Positions 17,055-27,679 of a stretch of 64,000 nucleotides of DNA are shown here, in pieces. The position numbers and the translations under genes were made by a program. The stretch lies in the IMG/VR virus record IMGVR_UViG_3300020165_000007, positions 62,001 to 126,000 of that record, one strand, 5' to 3'. Numbering within the stretch: position 1 is the first letter of the stretch; every line of letters begins with the position of its first letter. Under the pieces are notes generated by a model. It was not told the DNA's origin, made no database searches, and was given only the letters and a program-made list of their open reading frames with translations.

Positions 17055-20000
17055 TTATACTGTTGGTGGTGAGTTTTTATATGGGTGGTTTGACGGTAAT
17101 TTATTTACTAATCCCCATTTCCATGCTAAATATCCCTCAGCCTTTTCTAATTGTGTTAAATCAGTTCCTCCTGTACCAGGAATTGTTGCGTACGCTATAA
17201 ATTCAGCTAAACGACCATCTAATTCTTGAGACGACCTGTTTCTCATTAGTCTTAACTCTTGGTTTGTTTGTAATGAATTATCATAGTCATTAACAGGAGT
17301 AAACGCATTACTACCATTTAATCTATTTCCAATTTGATTTCCTGTCTTATTAAACCAACAAGAAACTATAACCCAGTTATCCATAGAGACGCTTTGCAGA
17401 TTCCAAGTTTGTAAATTACCAATAGTAGTACTAATTCTATTACTTGATAATCCATCTAAGTCAAGTTCACCAGGCCAAGTGTTTGAACCACCACCACCTG
17501 ATGAAATTGCATAATCTCTTTTAGGTGAACCATCTGTTTCATAAGACCAAAAACTATCTTTGTCTCCGTCAACAAAATCCGCTAAAAATACACCAACAGC
17601 CCAATGATTACCAGATGACACTTGTGGTCTATATAATGTACTTTGTAGATATTCATTACTACCATCAAAATCAAATACATTTAGACTGTTGAGACCATTA
17701 GTAATTACTGTAGGATTACCACCAATACTCATTGTATAAGTTCCTGCCTTGTCCGTTACTGATGACAATATAGACCCCGAAGTATTATAACTACCTGTAT
17801 CTCCTGCATCAATCCACGCGACAGGTGATAATGTTGAGTCCGGTATCCACGGTACTTGAGTACTTGTACTTGGAGTTATCGACGGTGTTGGTGTTATTGA
17901 GTTAGTCGGAGTTACTGAAATAGACGGTGTTATAGATGGTGTTATAGATGGGGTTATAGATGGTGTTGGTGTTATGCAATCATCCGCAACATATCCAGAA
18001 ACCCCACCGTGGTTATTTTGGAAAATGTTTCTTAGTGTTACAAAACTTGGTTTAGTTAAAACTGTTGCGAAATAAGAATTAAATAAGTTATAACCTAAAA
18101 TATTATTTGTTTGAATACCCGATGGAGTTCTCATATTATCATTCCACTCAGGAGATAAAGAACCTCCCGCCCAAAACTCAGACATCTCCCACATACCCCA
18201 GTTAAGTAAATACATATACTCTTTATATGCTAATTGAGCCTGTTCTGTATCACCTGACCAATTAGGTGCGTATTCAGTAGGGTCAAACATACTATTGTCA
18301 ATGGCTTGTTTCATAGCCAAATGTAAGTCAGTTGTTTGCCAATTTGGATTTTCTTCTGCCATCCAATTTACTGCGGTTGACGAACCAGGAACCGCTCCCA
18401 TTATACCAAACAAGTGAACCGTATGGAAAATATGTTCAAAGACTTCTTCAATCACAGTATCTCCACTTGTGGAGCCGCTACTGTACCACACCATGTCATT
18501 AGTCGCGTGAGTATCTAAGAATTCTTGGTATCCTGTATACCCTGTTATACCTTCATCGGTCAACCAATTAGGGTCATAGTCGTCCCCACTACCATAACCA
18601 ACTCTTTGGGCTGTAGGTATTCCCTCATGTATTGTACCTACATCACCTCTTAAAGTGGCTACTAAATTATTTTGATATGACAAAGTAATCCCTGTTGCTG
18701 ATGGGTCCATTATTAATTGGAACGAACGAGCAACTTTTTTAGAGAATTCATCAGGTACCGCAACATTACCACCAACCGCACCGGCTATAACTTCTAACAT
18801 ACCGCTAACATTTATACTTCTATCGAATACTGCCCCATTACTAGTATCGGCAGTTAAAGGTCCTGCGACATAACAACTAAGAAGAGCATCAGCGGATGTT
18901 GTCGGTGTTGGTGTTATAGTATTAGTTGGTGTGATAGAATTTGTTGGAGTTACACTGTTAGTTGGAGTAACTGATGGAGTTGCGGTTATGGATGGAGTTG
19001 GAGTAACTGATGGAGTTGATGTTATAGAAGGAGTTGCGGTTATGGATGGAGTTGTAGTAACTGATGGAGTTGCGGTTATGGATGGAGTTGGAGTAACTGA
19101 TGGAGTTGATGTTATAGAAGGAGTTGCGGTTATGGATGGAGTTGTAGTAACTGATGGAGTTGCGGTTATGGATGGAGTTGTAGTAACTGATGGAGTTGAT
19201 GTTATAGAAGGAGTTGCGGTTATGGATGGAGTTGCAGTAACTGATGGAGTTGCGGTTATGGATGGAGTTGGAGTAACTGATGGAGTTGATGTTATAGAAG
19301 GAGTTGCGGTTATGGATGGAGTCGCAGTAACTGATGGAGTTGCGGTTATGGATGGAGTTGGAGTAACTGATGGAGTTGATGTTATGGATGGAGTTGGAGT
19401 AACTGATGGAGTTGATGTTATAGAAGGAGGTGCGGTTATGGATGGAGTTGTAGTAACTGATGGAGTTGTAGTAACTGATGGAGTTGCGGTTATGGATGGA
19501 GTTGGAGTAACTGATGGAGTTGCGGTTATGGATGGAGTTGTAGTAACTGATGGAGTTGATGTTATAGAAGGAGTTGGAGTAACTGATGGAGTTGCGGTAA
19601 TCGAAGGAGTTACAGTTATTGATGGCGTCGAGGTTGCGGAAGGAGTTACAGTTATCGATGGAGTTATTGAAGGAGTCGAGGTTATTGACGGAGTTGCAGT
19701 AATCGATGGTGTTGCAGTAATCGATGGAGTTGCTGAGTTAGTAGGTGTCGGTGTAGGAGTTACGTTGTAAGTATCTCCTGTAACAATATCAAATGTGGGA
19801 GAACTTGAACCCGTGTAAGATAAGGACACTCCAGTAAAATTAGATAACTGTGACAACTGATTGTAATCCCCGTCAATAAATGTTTGAGTGAACCCACTGG
19901 TTTCTCCACTAAGAATAGTGATTGACACGTTGTTACTTATAGTATTACCGGTTGTTGTTGATAATACATCAGTAAATGAAACTCCAATATGAGAATTATA

Positions 20001-20606
20001 TGATTCACTTATTGTTGCTGAATATCCAGCACCGATAGAGCCATTAAAGTAAAGCCCTGTTAATGTTAAAGTTGGTACGTTATTAGAGGGGGTAATCGTA
20101 GGTGTTACTGAAGGAGTGGTTGTTGGTGTAATTTCATTTGTGGTGCCTACAACAACCAATTCACATCTAATACCTATAGATGATGTTGGTGTAGGTTGTG
20201 GTGTTGGTGAAACTCTAACATTAGGTCGACAACACATATCAGGATTAGCAAAAGAATCTATTACATTAACTATTATTTCATTTTGTATTGGTAATATCTC
20301 AGTACCTCTTTGACCTATAATTTTAAATTCGGTAATATAACTTCCTAATTTTGAGGTTTCTTTTTGTGTAAATTGAGTTTCTAAGTAATAACTTTTAATG
20401 GGTCCTGAGTTTGTCGACCTTTTTACTTTTACAGATACTGGTTTATTAATTATAGTATAAAAACCAGTCTCCTCACTTTTCATGTTAAACGTAATAGTTG
20501 ACGCGGAAAAATCATCATTAGATGACCAAAAAGAGTTTCCGTCATCTATAAAAACCTCAACGATTAGTTTTGGTAGTGTGCTATTTTTTCTAATATAAAA
20601 ATTCAT
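17055..20606 (-). CDS. 1183-aa fibre-like protein: BppU-N-like + Ig-like + long TPS mucin tract + putative zincin-like domain + LamG/ConA-like tip
   Basis: N-terminus [14 protein letters not shown]; ~280-aa TPS(I/V)T(A/S/T/P) tract; [12 protein letters not shown]...AYKEY; C-terminal WIDAGD...FDFDG...LAEFIAY...[10 protein letters not shown]...LPSNHPYK. Confidence 0.75.
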   Translation of the reverse strand: MNFYIRKNSTLPKLIVEVFIDDGNSFWSSNDDFSASTITFNMKSEETGFYTIINKPVSVKVKRSTNSGPIKSYYLETQFTQKETSKLGSYITEFKIIGQRGTEILPIQNEIIVNVIDSFANPDMCCRPNVRVSPTPQPTPTSSIGIRCELVVVGTTNEITPTTTPSVTPTITPSNNVPTLTLTGLYFNGSIGAGYSATISESYNSHIGVSFTDVLSTTTGNTISNNVSITILSGETSGFTQTFIDGDYNQLSQLSNFTGVSLSYTGSSSPTFDIVTGDTYNVTPTPTPTNSATPSITATPSITATPSITSTPSITPSITVTPSATSTPSITVTPSITATPSVTPTPSITSTPSVTTTPSITATPSVTPTPSITATPSVTTTPSVTTTPSITAPPSITSTPSVTPTPSITSTPSVTPTPSITATPSVTATPSITATPSITSTPSVTPTPSITATPSVTATPSITATPSITSTPSVTTTPSITATPSVTTTPSITATPSITSTPSVTPTPSITATPSVTTTPSITATPSITSTPSVTPTPSITATPSVTPTNSVTPTNSITPTNTITPTPTTSADALLSCYVAGPLTADTSNGAVFDRSINVSGMLEVIAGAVGGNVAVPDEFSKKVARSFQLIMDPSATGITLSYQNNLVATLRGDVGTIHEGIPTAQRVGYGSGDDYDPNWLTDEGITGYTGYQEFLDTHATNDMVWYSSGSTSGDTVIEEVFEHIFHTVHLFGIMGAVPGSSTAVNWMAEENPNWQTTDLHLAMKQAIDNSMFDPTEYAPNWSGDTEQAQLAYKEYMYLLNWGMWEMSEFWAGGSLSPEWNDNMRTPSGIQTNNILGYNLFNSYFATVLTKPSFVTLRNIFQNNHGGVSGYVADDCITPTPSITPSITPSITPSISVTPTNSITPTPSITPSTSTQVPWIPDSTLSPVAWIDAGDTGSYNTSGSILSSVTDKAGTYTMSIGGNPTVITNGLNSLNVFDFDGSNEYLQSTLYRPQVSSGNHWAVGVFLADFVDGDKDSFWSYETDGSPKRDYAISSGGGGSNTWPGELDLDGLSSNRISTTIGNLQTWNLQSVSMDNWVIVSCWFNKTGNQIGNRLNGSNAFTPVNDYDNSLQTNQELRLMRNRSSQELDGRLAEFIAYATIPGTGGTDLTQLEKAEGYLAWKWGLVNKLPSNHPYKNSPPTV
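18900..19760 (-). repeat. Long 18-nt repeat array with 90-nt higher-order units (mucin-like [12 protein letters not shown])
   Basis: 18991-19080 is identical to 19081-19170; units gatggagttg(c/t/g)(g/a)gt(t/a)a recur throughout. Confidence 0.93.
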
Positions 20607-20608
20607 AA

Positions 20609-22531
20609 TTAACTAATACTCCCTACTACGTTTAATCGACAATCTGAGTCAACACATTCAATACAGTCTTTACACCAAAAATCATATAAATTGAACTTAT
20701 CTTTAAGTATTCTAAAATTATGTTGTATTTCAGGTGCGGTAAGAGGCTCCACATACATTCTAAATTGTGAAATACCTCCCATAAAGGTACCCCCAAAGTC
20801 AGGCTCCATGATAATATCAGTAGTAAGACCTGATAAACTAGTACCTGATAAGGTTTCGTTCGGCATTAATTCAGGGTCTTGAATATATGGACCCGTAAGT
20901 CCTGAACACCCACTAAATATTAAACTCTCTCTTAGTCCTTGCGTTCCTCCACCTATAGATATATTAAAAGGAACCCCTAATTGTTTTTCTTTTTCGGTAT
21001 TAAGTTCGTGAGGAATAATCTCTTCAAAATCAGGAATTTCCATAAACAGATAACCATTGATGTAAATTTTTAATATTCCTAATCTTTTTATTCTATCTTC
21101 AAACCATTTTTGAGTTAAGTTAATGTATGTTCTTTGTTCTTCTTTTGTGGAGCCTGAGTGTGTCTGAGGAGGCATTATTAAATTCGTAGACGACCCATTT
21201 AGTTCAGAGGGGAATAATAATTTTCGGACATCCCCTAATCCCCCCCAATTTAATAAATCACAATCTTCCAAAGTGATATATCTTTCAAATACAGTACTTA
21301 CCATAACCCACGATTCCTCACTTGATGATGTACAAGCAGTATAAATACAATCTTTATAAATTGTATCTGTAGAACAAGTCTCCACTATTGTATATCCTGA
21401 ACTATATGTTACTCCTGTATTTTCACAAGTACCTGTAGTTATACAATCTCCGGTAAACTTAATATATTTTACACAAATTTTAGGATTAGAGGGGTCTCCT
21501 GAAAATCTAACAGAAAACGCATTAGAAAATAAATCTAAGTCGGGGTCAGGTAATTTTTTAGAAACTTCCTTAGTGTACCCACCACAACTACTTATTCCGT
21601 GTGTTTGTGTGACCGCAGTTTGTGGGTAAACTAAAAGACAGTCTGAATTAGTAACTCCAGTATCCGAACACGCACAAGTTTTAATACACTCAGTCAACCC
21701 TGAGGTCACTCTAGTATATCCCGTATCACTTAATGGGCTACCAGATGCGGGATGGTAATATTTATTTTCTGCCCTCGTACCCATGAAAAAGAAAGTACCT
21801 GAATTTCCTGAGTAAACATCATTTAAATATAGAGAATCTGAATCAGGGGTAAATTTGTTTTCTAATCTAGGTTTTAATAATAATTCCGATGACCACCCTT
21901 TATTAACTCTTTCGGGGAAAACTTCATAATCGTAACCAAATAACTTATAAAATCCTTGATAAAATCCTCCATATAGTTCGTTATAATATCCAACATCACT
22001 ATCATTGTAAGAAACTATATTATATAAAGTTCTTTTTGTATTACCCGAAAATCTATGATTAGGCGATTCAGTATATCCTGTAACGGGATGCATCTTAAAC
22101 CTTCTATCGTAATAATGAGGATTAAACTTTTCAAAATCATTTAAACCCATAGTAAATGTCAGAGTTTCACCTGTCATTTTGTCATATAACCCATTGTCTG
22201 TGGCAGTTAAACCAATATCACATAAGGTAGTAGCGGTTTCACAAAACAAATCGTCATTGTTTGGGTTATAGTAGTTTTCAGAAACCAAAGTGTTACCTGA
22301 GTAATATTTTCCCCACTGTAACGTTTCTTTTTGATTAGATAAATTAGAGTTTAAATCAATGTTGATGGGTAATATATTACCGTTGTTTTCCCCTATTAAA
22401 TTAGGTGAAAATACCACTTCAGAGTTATATCCGTCGATATCCGAAGAAAGTGTAATGTCAAAATCGTCAATATTAGACAATTTTGCATCAAATCTATTAA
22501 AATAATAATTTTTAATATTTTGCCCGGGCAT
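20609..22531 (-). CDS. Structural/tail-associated protein with Cys-rich insert and LamG-like C-terminus
   Basis: 640 aa; KIYINGYL...[24 protein letters not shown] is a LamG-type terminal motif; heads the fibre operon. Confidence 0.55.
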   Translation of the reverse strand: MPGQNIKNYYFNRFDAKLSNIDDFDITLSSDIDGYNSEVVFSPNLIGENNGNILPINIDLNSNLSNQKETLQWGKYYSGNTLVSENYYNPNNDDLFCETATTLCDIGLTATDNGLYDKMTGETLTFTMGLNDFEKFNPHYYDRRFKMHPVTGYTESPNHRFSGNTKRTLYNIVSYNDSDVGYYNELYGGFYQGFYKLFGYDYEVFPERVNKGWSSELLLKPRLENKFTPDSDSLYLNDVYSGNSGTFFFMGTRAENKYYHPASGSPLSDTGYTRVTSGLTECIKTCACSDTGVTNSDCLLVYPQTAVTQTHGISSCGGYTKEVSKKLPDPDLDLFSNAFSVRFSGDPSNPKICVKYIKFTGDCITTGTCENTGVTYSSGYTIVETCSTDTIYKDCIYTACTSSSEESWVMVSTVFERYITLEDCDLLNWGGLGDVRKLLFPSELNGSSTNLIMPPQTHSGSTKEEQRTYINLTQKWFEDRIKRLGILKIYINGYLFMEIPDFEEIIPHELNTEKEKQLGVPFNISIGGGTQGLRESLIFSGCSGLTGPYIQDPELMPNETLSGTSLSGLTTDIIMEPDFGGTFMGGISQFRMYVEPLTAPEIQHNFRILKDKFNLYDFWCKDCIECVDSDCRLNVVGSIS

Positions 22532-22545
22532 ACTCCTTTTTTATG

Positions 22546-22572
22546 ATAAATACTTCCTTCGATGTATTTATA
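22546..22572. promoter_or_regulatory. Back-to-back divergent late promoters (GTATTTAT x2)
   Basis: ATAAATAC (22546-22553) and GTATTTATA (22564-22572) form an inverted pair between divergent genes. Confidence 0.65.
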
Positions 22573-22586
22573 GAAAAAAACTAAAT

Positions 22587-23342
22587 ATGAAGTCGTATCT
22601 TTTTAGAACAAAAGAAGAAGCGTTAGACGCATCTAAAGAACTAGGTTGTGAAGGATTTCACAAACACAAAAGAAAAACTTTTATGCCTTGTAAATCTCAT
22701 GACACTTTTAAAAATAAAGTGGAAGGATTAAAAGAACCTAAAGAAGAATTAGATGAGTTAATTGATTTTGACGGAACAATGAATAATTCTAAAATTCCTA
22801 TAATTGACCCAAGAACTAGCGCACCTGGTTTAAGTACAATGGATAAAAGAGTTGCGTCAGGACACCAAACCCAAGACCCACTTATGAGGGGATATAGAGT
22901 TTATTATGGTGAGTCGTTCGTTAGAGAGGAAGATATGTCAAAAGCGTTTGGTCATGAGGATACTGAATCTATGAATGCTGAGGAAACTATAAATCACTTT
23001 ATTAAAGCCTATGAATTTAATCCTGAAGATGCAAAAGATAGAGCAGCGGAAATGGGTAAAGACGAAAAAATACCAGTAAATAAAGAAATTGAAAAGGAAG
23101 AGGGAGAAGACTTTATTGATACTATGAGGTTAATTGAAAAAGAATTCACAAAAGAAGACATTATAAAAATGGTTGAGGATTCATTAGTTTTAAAGTCTGA
23201 CGATAAAGGTTTGAATAAAAAAGATTTATCTGATGACTCCGTGTCACCAATCCTTAAAAGAAATTTAAAAGCCCTAAAAAATATGGCCGAAACTGAAGGT
23301 ATATCAATACCTCAGTTAGTAAAGATGTTAAAAAATGAATAA
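22587..23342 (+). CDS. Hypothetical protein with N-terminal Cys/His module (GCEGFHKH...MPCKSH)
   Basis: 251-aa ORF after a late motif. Confidence 0.7.
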   Translation: MKSYLFRTKEEALDASKELGCEGFHKHKRKTFMPCKSHDTFKNKVEGLKEPKEELDELIDFDGTMNNSKIPIIDPRTSAPGLSTMDKRVASGHQTQDPLMRGYRVYYGESFVREEDMSKAFGHEDTESMNAEETINHFIKAYEFNPEDAKDRAAEMGKDEKIPVNKEIEKEEGEDFIDTMRLIEKEFTKEDIIKMVEDSLVLKSDDKGLNKKDLSDDSVSPILKRNLKALKNMAETEGISIPQLVKMLKNE

Positions 23343-23799
23343 AGATTTATACCATAGAAAGGCTAAATTACCTGAATCTTTAAAGACCCATTTACAAAAA
23401 AGTTTTGAAATGGTGGAGGGGGACAGTAACATTGAGGGTTACAACAGAAATAAAGATTTAAGGGAAAAAGGCGTTATTGGATATCCGGTTTTAAAAAGAA
23501 TTAAAAACTGGTTCGATTCCTATGACGGAGATGGTAAAGATTTACCTTTTGTTTTGAACGGGGGTCACAGAATGCATAAATGGTGTGACCACGTACTTAA
23601 TCATTGGAGGGATAGAATGTCTCAAGGAAAGACTGTTAAGTCTGACACAGGAATGGATAATCAATTTATCGACAATCATGAAAAAGAAGGTATAGTAGTT
23701 AACCCTCATGATAAACATGAAAAAGGAATTAATAAGTTTGATACTTCAATAACTGAAGAAATTAAAAAAATAAATAAATTATTTAAAACAATAGAATAA
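23335..23799 (+). CDS. Hypothetical protein
   Basis: 154-aa ORF overlapping both neighbours; ends SITEEIKKINKLF. Confidence 0.7.
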   Translation: MNKDLYHRKAKLPESLKTHLQKSFEMVEGDSNIEGYNRNKDLREKGVIGYPVLKRIKNWFDSYDGDGKDLPFVLNGGHRMHKWCDHVLNHWRDRMSQGKTVKSDTGMDNQFIDNHEKEGIVVNPHDKHEKGINKFDTSITEEIKKINKLFKTIE

Positions 23800-24095
23800 T
23801 GGCAACACAAAATGACAAATTAGATTTTGCACAACCAGAAAATACGTTATCGGCAATTGCTGAGGCGGAAAGAGCAAAACTATTCCCAAGGAATGATTAC
23901 TCACCTAAGTCAGAAAAGTACTCATCTGTACACCCCGATGCGAATGCTGACGGAGATGAATTAGGTAGAGGAACTGGTACATTTTTAGACGTTTATAATC
24001 AAAATGCTGGTACGTCAACTGATGTATTTGAGAGAAAAGACGAGATAAAAGTTAATAAGTACAACTCAAGTCAACCATACAACGTAGAAGGATGA
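23799..24095 (+). CDS. Hypothetical protein
   Basis: 98-aa ORF, TAATG-coupled. Confidence 0.7.
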   Translation: MATQNDKLDFAQPENTLSAIAEAERAKLFPRNDYSPKSEKYSSVHPDANADGDELGRGTGTFLDVYNQNAGTSTDVFERKDEIKVNKYNSSQPYNVEG

Positions 24096-24481
24096 AACTA
24101 ATAACGACATTTAAATCTTTATTAACTGAAATTGCATCTTTAAGTGATATTGAAGATTCGATTAATAAGAAAATTGTCGTTACAATTTACTACGATGGGG
24201 ATGAACCTGGAGGAAAGGGTTATAGAACAGTCGAACCTGTCGCAGTAGGATATAGTAAGGGAGGTAATAATTTAGTTTTAAGGGCATATGACTTAGACGG
24301 GGCGTCTCATACAGCGACTATAGGCGAAAAACCATTACCTGGATGGAGACTTTTTAGGGTTGATAAAATATTGACTTATCAACCAACTGATGATAATTTT
24401 ACAGAAATGAGACCTGACTATAACCCATCAGGAGATAACAGTATGTCAAATATGTTATTAAATGCTAAGTTTAATACGTGA
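24092..24481 (+). CDS. Stand-alone WYL-domain protein with short N-terminal leader
   Basis: VTIYYDG...GYRTVEPVAVG...LVLRAYD...GWRLFRVDKI is the WYL pattern (R.VEP...W.L...R.FR.DRI); no HTH domain. Confidence 0.8.
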   Translation: MKLITTFKSLLTEIASLSDIEDSINKKIVVTIYYDGDEPGGKGYRTVEPVAVGYSKGGNNLVLRAYDLDGASHTATIGEKPLPGWRLFRVDKILTYQPTDDNFTEMRPDYNPSGDNSMSNMLLNAKFNT

Positions 24482-24514
24482 GATTTAAATTAAAAAAACT
24501 GAACCCCAATACAT

Positions 24515-25114
24515 ATGAGCGATTTAATGCAAAAATTAGCGATGTCCAAAAAAATAATGGATAAACACAGTGAAGTACCGAGAGGTCAGTCACCGGGACA
24601 ACTTCCCATGAGTGAGAATGTAAACGCAACATACAACATACCGGAAAATATAAACAGTCAATTGACTCAACAACCAACACAACAACCAACACAACCATCA
24701 ATACAGGAAACGGTTAATGTTCAACCAATAAGTCAAGACGCAGTTATAAACTCAAAACTACCTGAAGAAATTAAAAAATTAATGTTAGAAAATCCGATAG
24801 TTCAACCTCAAATGAATGGACCGTCACTTTCTAATGAAATAATAGAAGGGGCAACAAGACTAATGGATAATAAGGTTACTCAACAAAGTAGTGCTCAACC
24901 AAATAGTATTCAACCAACAAATAATAATTCCGACCTAAAACAAATGATAAGGGATGTGGTAAGAGATACCGTTAGAGATGTGGTTAAAGAAGAATTAAAA
25001 AATTCAGGTTTATTAAGTGAATCCGCACAAAAAACTAATGAAACTCTTTCATTAAGAGTAGGTAAACACATTTTTGAAGGTAAAGTAACAAAAATTAAAA
25101 AAGTAAGACAATAA
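24515..25114 (+). CDS. Hypothetical Gln/Pro-rich protein
   Basis: 199-aa ORF with QQPT repeats and a C-terminal LRVGKHIFEGKV beta-hairpin. Confidence 0.7.
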   Translation: MSDLMQKLAMSKKIMDKHSEVPRGQSPGQLPMSENVNATYNIPENINSQLTQQPTQQPTQPSIQETVNVQPISQDAVINSKLPEEIKKLMLENPIVQPQMNGPSLSNEIIEGATRLMDNKVTQQSSAQPNSIQPTNNNSDLKQMIRDVVRDTVRDVVKEELKNSGLLSESAQKTNETLSLRVGKHIFEGKVTKIKKVRQ

Positions 25115-25162
25115 CTTTTCTTATTAAGTATTTTTTCCTATACTTTTCTAAATAGAAAAGTC

Positions 25163-26374
25163 ATGTCAAAAATTAATGTGTTAGTACTCCCATCAGACAG
25201 AACAGGAGTAGGTAAATTTCGTTCTGTTGAGCCACACACGTTTTTACAACAACATTATTCAGATGAATTTCATGTTGATATAGATTACGAACCTAAGGTA
25301 AATGACGAAAAATACTGGAAAAAGTACCAAATAGTACATTTTCATAGAGTTATAGGTTCAAATTATGAGCAGTCCCCTTTAATCATTAAACAGTTGAGAG
25401 AATGGGGTATTGTCACTATTGGGGATATTGATGATTATTGGCAACCCGGAAAAGAACATCCCGCATATGAATTAGTAAAAAAACATAACTTAAGTCATCA
25501 CATAATGAATAATTTGAGTTGTGTAGATTATGTTACAACCACTACTGAATTATTTGCGAATGAAATAAGAAAGATAAACAAAAATGTTTTCGTTTTACCT
25601 AACGCAATTAATCCCGAAGAACCACAATTTACAGAAAAAACTAAACCTAGTGACAGGTTAAGGTTTGGGTGGTTAGGTGGTTCCTCACATTTACATGACT
25701 TGAAATTACTTGATGGCACTACTAATAGGTTAACTGAGTTTAAAAATGATTATCAGATGTACTTATGTGGATTTGACATTAGAGGTAATGTTACAGAAAT
25801 TAATAGGGAGACCGGTGAGGAGAAGAAAAGACCTATTAGACCTGATGAGACCGTATGGAAGAAATATGAGGAAATATTCACGGATAATTACAAAACTGTA
25901 GATGAAAAACAAATGAAGTACCTGATGGAGTACCAATCAGGAGACTATAGTGAAGAAGACGTTTTTTACCACAGAGTATGGACCCAACCGATTAATAGTT
26001 ACGCTAAAAATTACTCTAAGTTTGACGTATCTTTAGCTCCTATTAAAGACCATATGTTTAACAGGATGAAGTCTCAATTAAAGGTAATTGAAGCAGGTTT
26101 TTATAAAAAAGCGTTAATCGCTTCTGATGTTGGACCATACACAATTGACTTAAAACACTCATTAGATAAAGGAAATTTTGTGGATGGTAACGCACTATTA
26201 GTTGATAAAAATAGAAATGGTAGTGATTGGGCAAAATACATGAAAAAACTTATTAAAAACCCCTCATGGGTTGAAGATTTAGGTGAGAGACTTTACGAAA
26301 CTGTGAACGGAACTTACGATTTAAAAAGTGTGACTAAAAATAGAGCGGAATTTTATAAATCTTTAGTAAAATGA
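25163..26374 (+). CDS. Glycosyltransferase, GT-B fold (GT4-like)
   Basis: GDIDDYW, VTTTTELFA, VLPNAI, GWLGGSSHLHDL, LAPI...FNRMKSQLKVIEAG...ALIASDVGPY. Confidence 0.85.
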   Translation: MSKINVLVLPSDRTGVGKFRSVEPHTFLQQHYSDEFHVDIDYEPKVNDEKYWKKYQIVHFHRVIGSNYEQSPLIIKQLREWGIVTIGDIDDYWQPGKEHPAYELVKKHNLSHHIMNNLSCVDYVTTTTELFANEIRKINKNVFVLPNAINPEEPQFTEKTKPSDRLRFGWLGGSSHLHDLKLLDGTTNRLTEFKNDYQMYLCGFDIRGNVTEINRETGEEKKRPIRPDETVWKKYEEIFTDNYKTVDEKQMKYLMEYQSGDYSEEDVFYHRVWTQPINSYAKNYSKFDVSLAPIKDHMFNRMKSQLKVIEAGFYKKALIASDVGPYTIDLKHSLDKGNFVDGNALLVDKNRNGSDWAKYMKKLIKNPSWVEDLGERLYETVNGTYDLKSVTKNRAEFYKSLVK

Positions 26375-27072
26375 TAGACGTACCATTAAACAAATTGTTA
26401 TTTTTTGATTTAGAAACTGTAGGGATAGAGAAAGACTACACTACACTAAATGAAAAGAACCCTGAAATGGGTAGACTTTTTGAAAGTTACCGAAATTGGT
26501 TTGAGAAAAGATATCCTGAAGACGTCGATAAGTCTTTAGATGAGATATTCACTAATCACGCAGCATTAATTTCAGATTTTGCAAAAATTATCGTGGCTTC
26601 ATTCTCATTCATAACCCCAAGCGGAGAAGTACACACCACTACGTTCGCAGAAGATGATGAGAAAAAACTTTTATTAGGGGTAAAAGACTTATTAAATAAA
26701 GTGTTAAAACTTGATTTTCATTTGTGTGGGCACAATATAAAGGGATTCGATATGCCAATGTTGTCTAAAAGATTTGTATGTAACGGTATAAAACCCCCAA
26801 GTATTTTACCAAAATTAGGTACAAAACCATGGGAATTAAAAGCTGTAGACACGAAAGAATTATGGCAGTTTGGTTCATTTAATTCTCCAGCCTCACTTGA
26901 TTTAATGTGTGTTGCGATGAATGTGAGTAGCCCTAAAACCGGCGAAGTGTCGGGAAATATGGTACATGATACATATTGGAACTTAAATGGGTTAACTCCT
27001 ATATCCGATTATTGTGAGAAAGACGTCCAAGTTTTAGTGGATGTTATGAATAAAATTTATAATTTAAAATAA
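26371..27072 (+). CDS. DEDD 3'-5' exonuclease (PolB-exo/DnaQ-like)
   Basis: FFDLETVG, GHNIKGFDMP, YCEKDV. Confidence 0.88.
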   Translation: MIDVPLNKLLFFDLETVGIEKDYTTLNEKNPEMGRLFESYRNWFEKRYPEDVDKSLDEIFTNHAALISDFAKIIVASFSFITPSGEVHTTTFAEDDEKKLLLGVKDLLNKVLKLDFHLCGHNIKGFDMPMLSKRFVCNGIKPPSILPKLGTKPWELKAVDTKELWQFGSFNSPASLDLMCVAMNVSSPKTGEVSGNMVHDTYWNLNGLTPISDYCEKDVQVLVDVMNKIYNLK

Positions 27073-27073
27073 T

Positions 27074-27673
27074 ATGTTTAAAAAATTTAATGAACTAAAC
27101 GACAGTTTGAGAGCCTTAAAAGATTTAGAAAGTAAATTAAGCGATGTGGATATGAGTAACCCCCAAGAATTATTAAATAGTTTAGGGGTAAACATTGATG
27201 AGGTTGAAGATAGTTTTAATAACAATTTTACAGGTATTGTTGAGCTAAAATACTTTTTGGACTCAGATAATAAGGAGCCTGAATATGCTTACCCTACCGA
27301 TTCAGGGTTTGACTTAAGGTCTAATGTCGATATTACCTTAGAGCCTTTTGGTAGAGCGTTAGTCCCTACAGGTATTCATTTTGATGTACCCGAAAGGTGT
27401 GAAATACAAGTTAGACCAAAAAGTGGGTTAGCAATTAAACGTGGTTTATCAGTCTTAAATACTCCAGGTACAGTAGACTATGGATATACAGGAGAAATTA
27501 AAGTAATCGTCTTTAATATGAGTAATGAGGTACAGAGTATAGTTAAAGGGGACAAGGTCGCTCAAGCTGTTGTATGTCCTGTAGTACAGGGTTCTGAAAT
27601 TAACCTAAAGAGAGTGGATAAAATTGAGAATAAAGACCGTAACAGTAATGGGTTTGGTTCTACAGGAAATTAA
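27074..27673 (+). CDS. dut: Trimeric dUTPase with N-terminal extension
   Basis: SGFDL, RPKSGLA, NTPGTVDYGYTGEI, GDKVAQ, RNSNGFGSTG. Confidence 0.95.
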   Translation: MFKKFNELNDSLRALKDLESKLSDVDMSNPQELLNSLGVNIDEVEDSFNNNFTGIVELKYFLDSDNKEPEYAYPTDSGFDLRSNVDITLEPFGRALVPTGIHFDVPERCEIQVRPKSGLAIKRGLSVLNTPGTVDYGYTGEIKVIVFNMSNEVQSIVKGDKVAQAVVCPVVQGSEINLKRVDKIENKDRNSNGFGSTGN

Positions 27674-27679
27674 AAAATT

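Noticed and set aside
18931-19770. 279-aa + strand ORF of VMDGV/VIDGV repeats (also 11884-12087, 13831-14067, 15265-15510, 20116-20313)
   Set aside because: Antisense shadows of Thr/Pro/Ser codons, which lack stops on the reverse strand; no promoter or leader; the minus-strand frame carries recognisable domains.
9873-20606. Possible diversity-generating retroelement acting on fibre genes
   Set aside because: No reverse transcriptase in the window and no TR/VR pair differing only at adenines was seen; repeats are simple tandem units.
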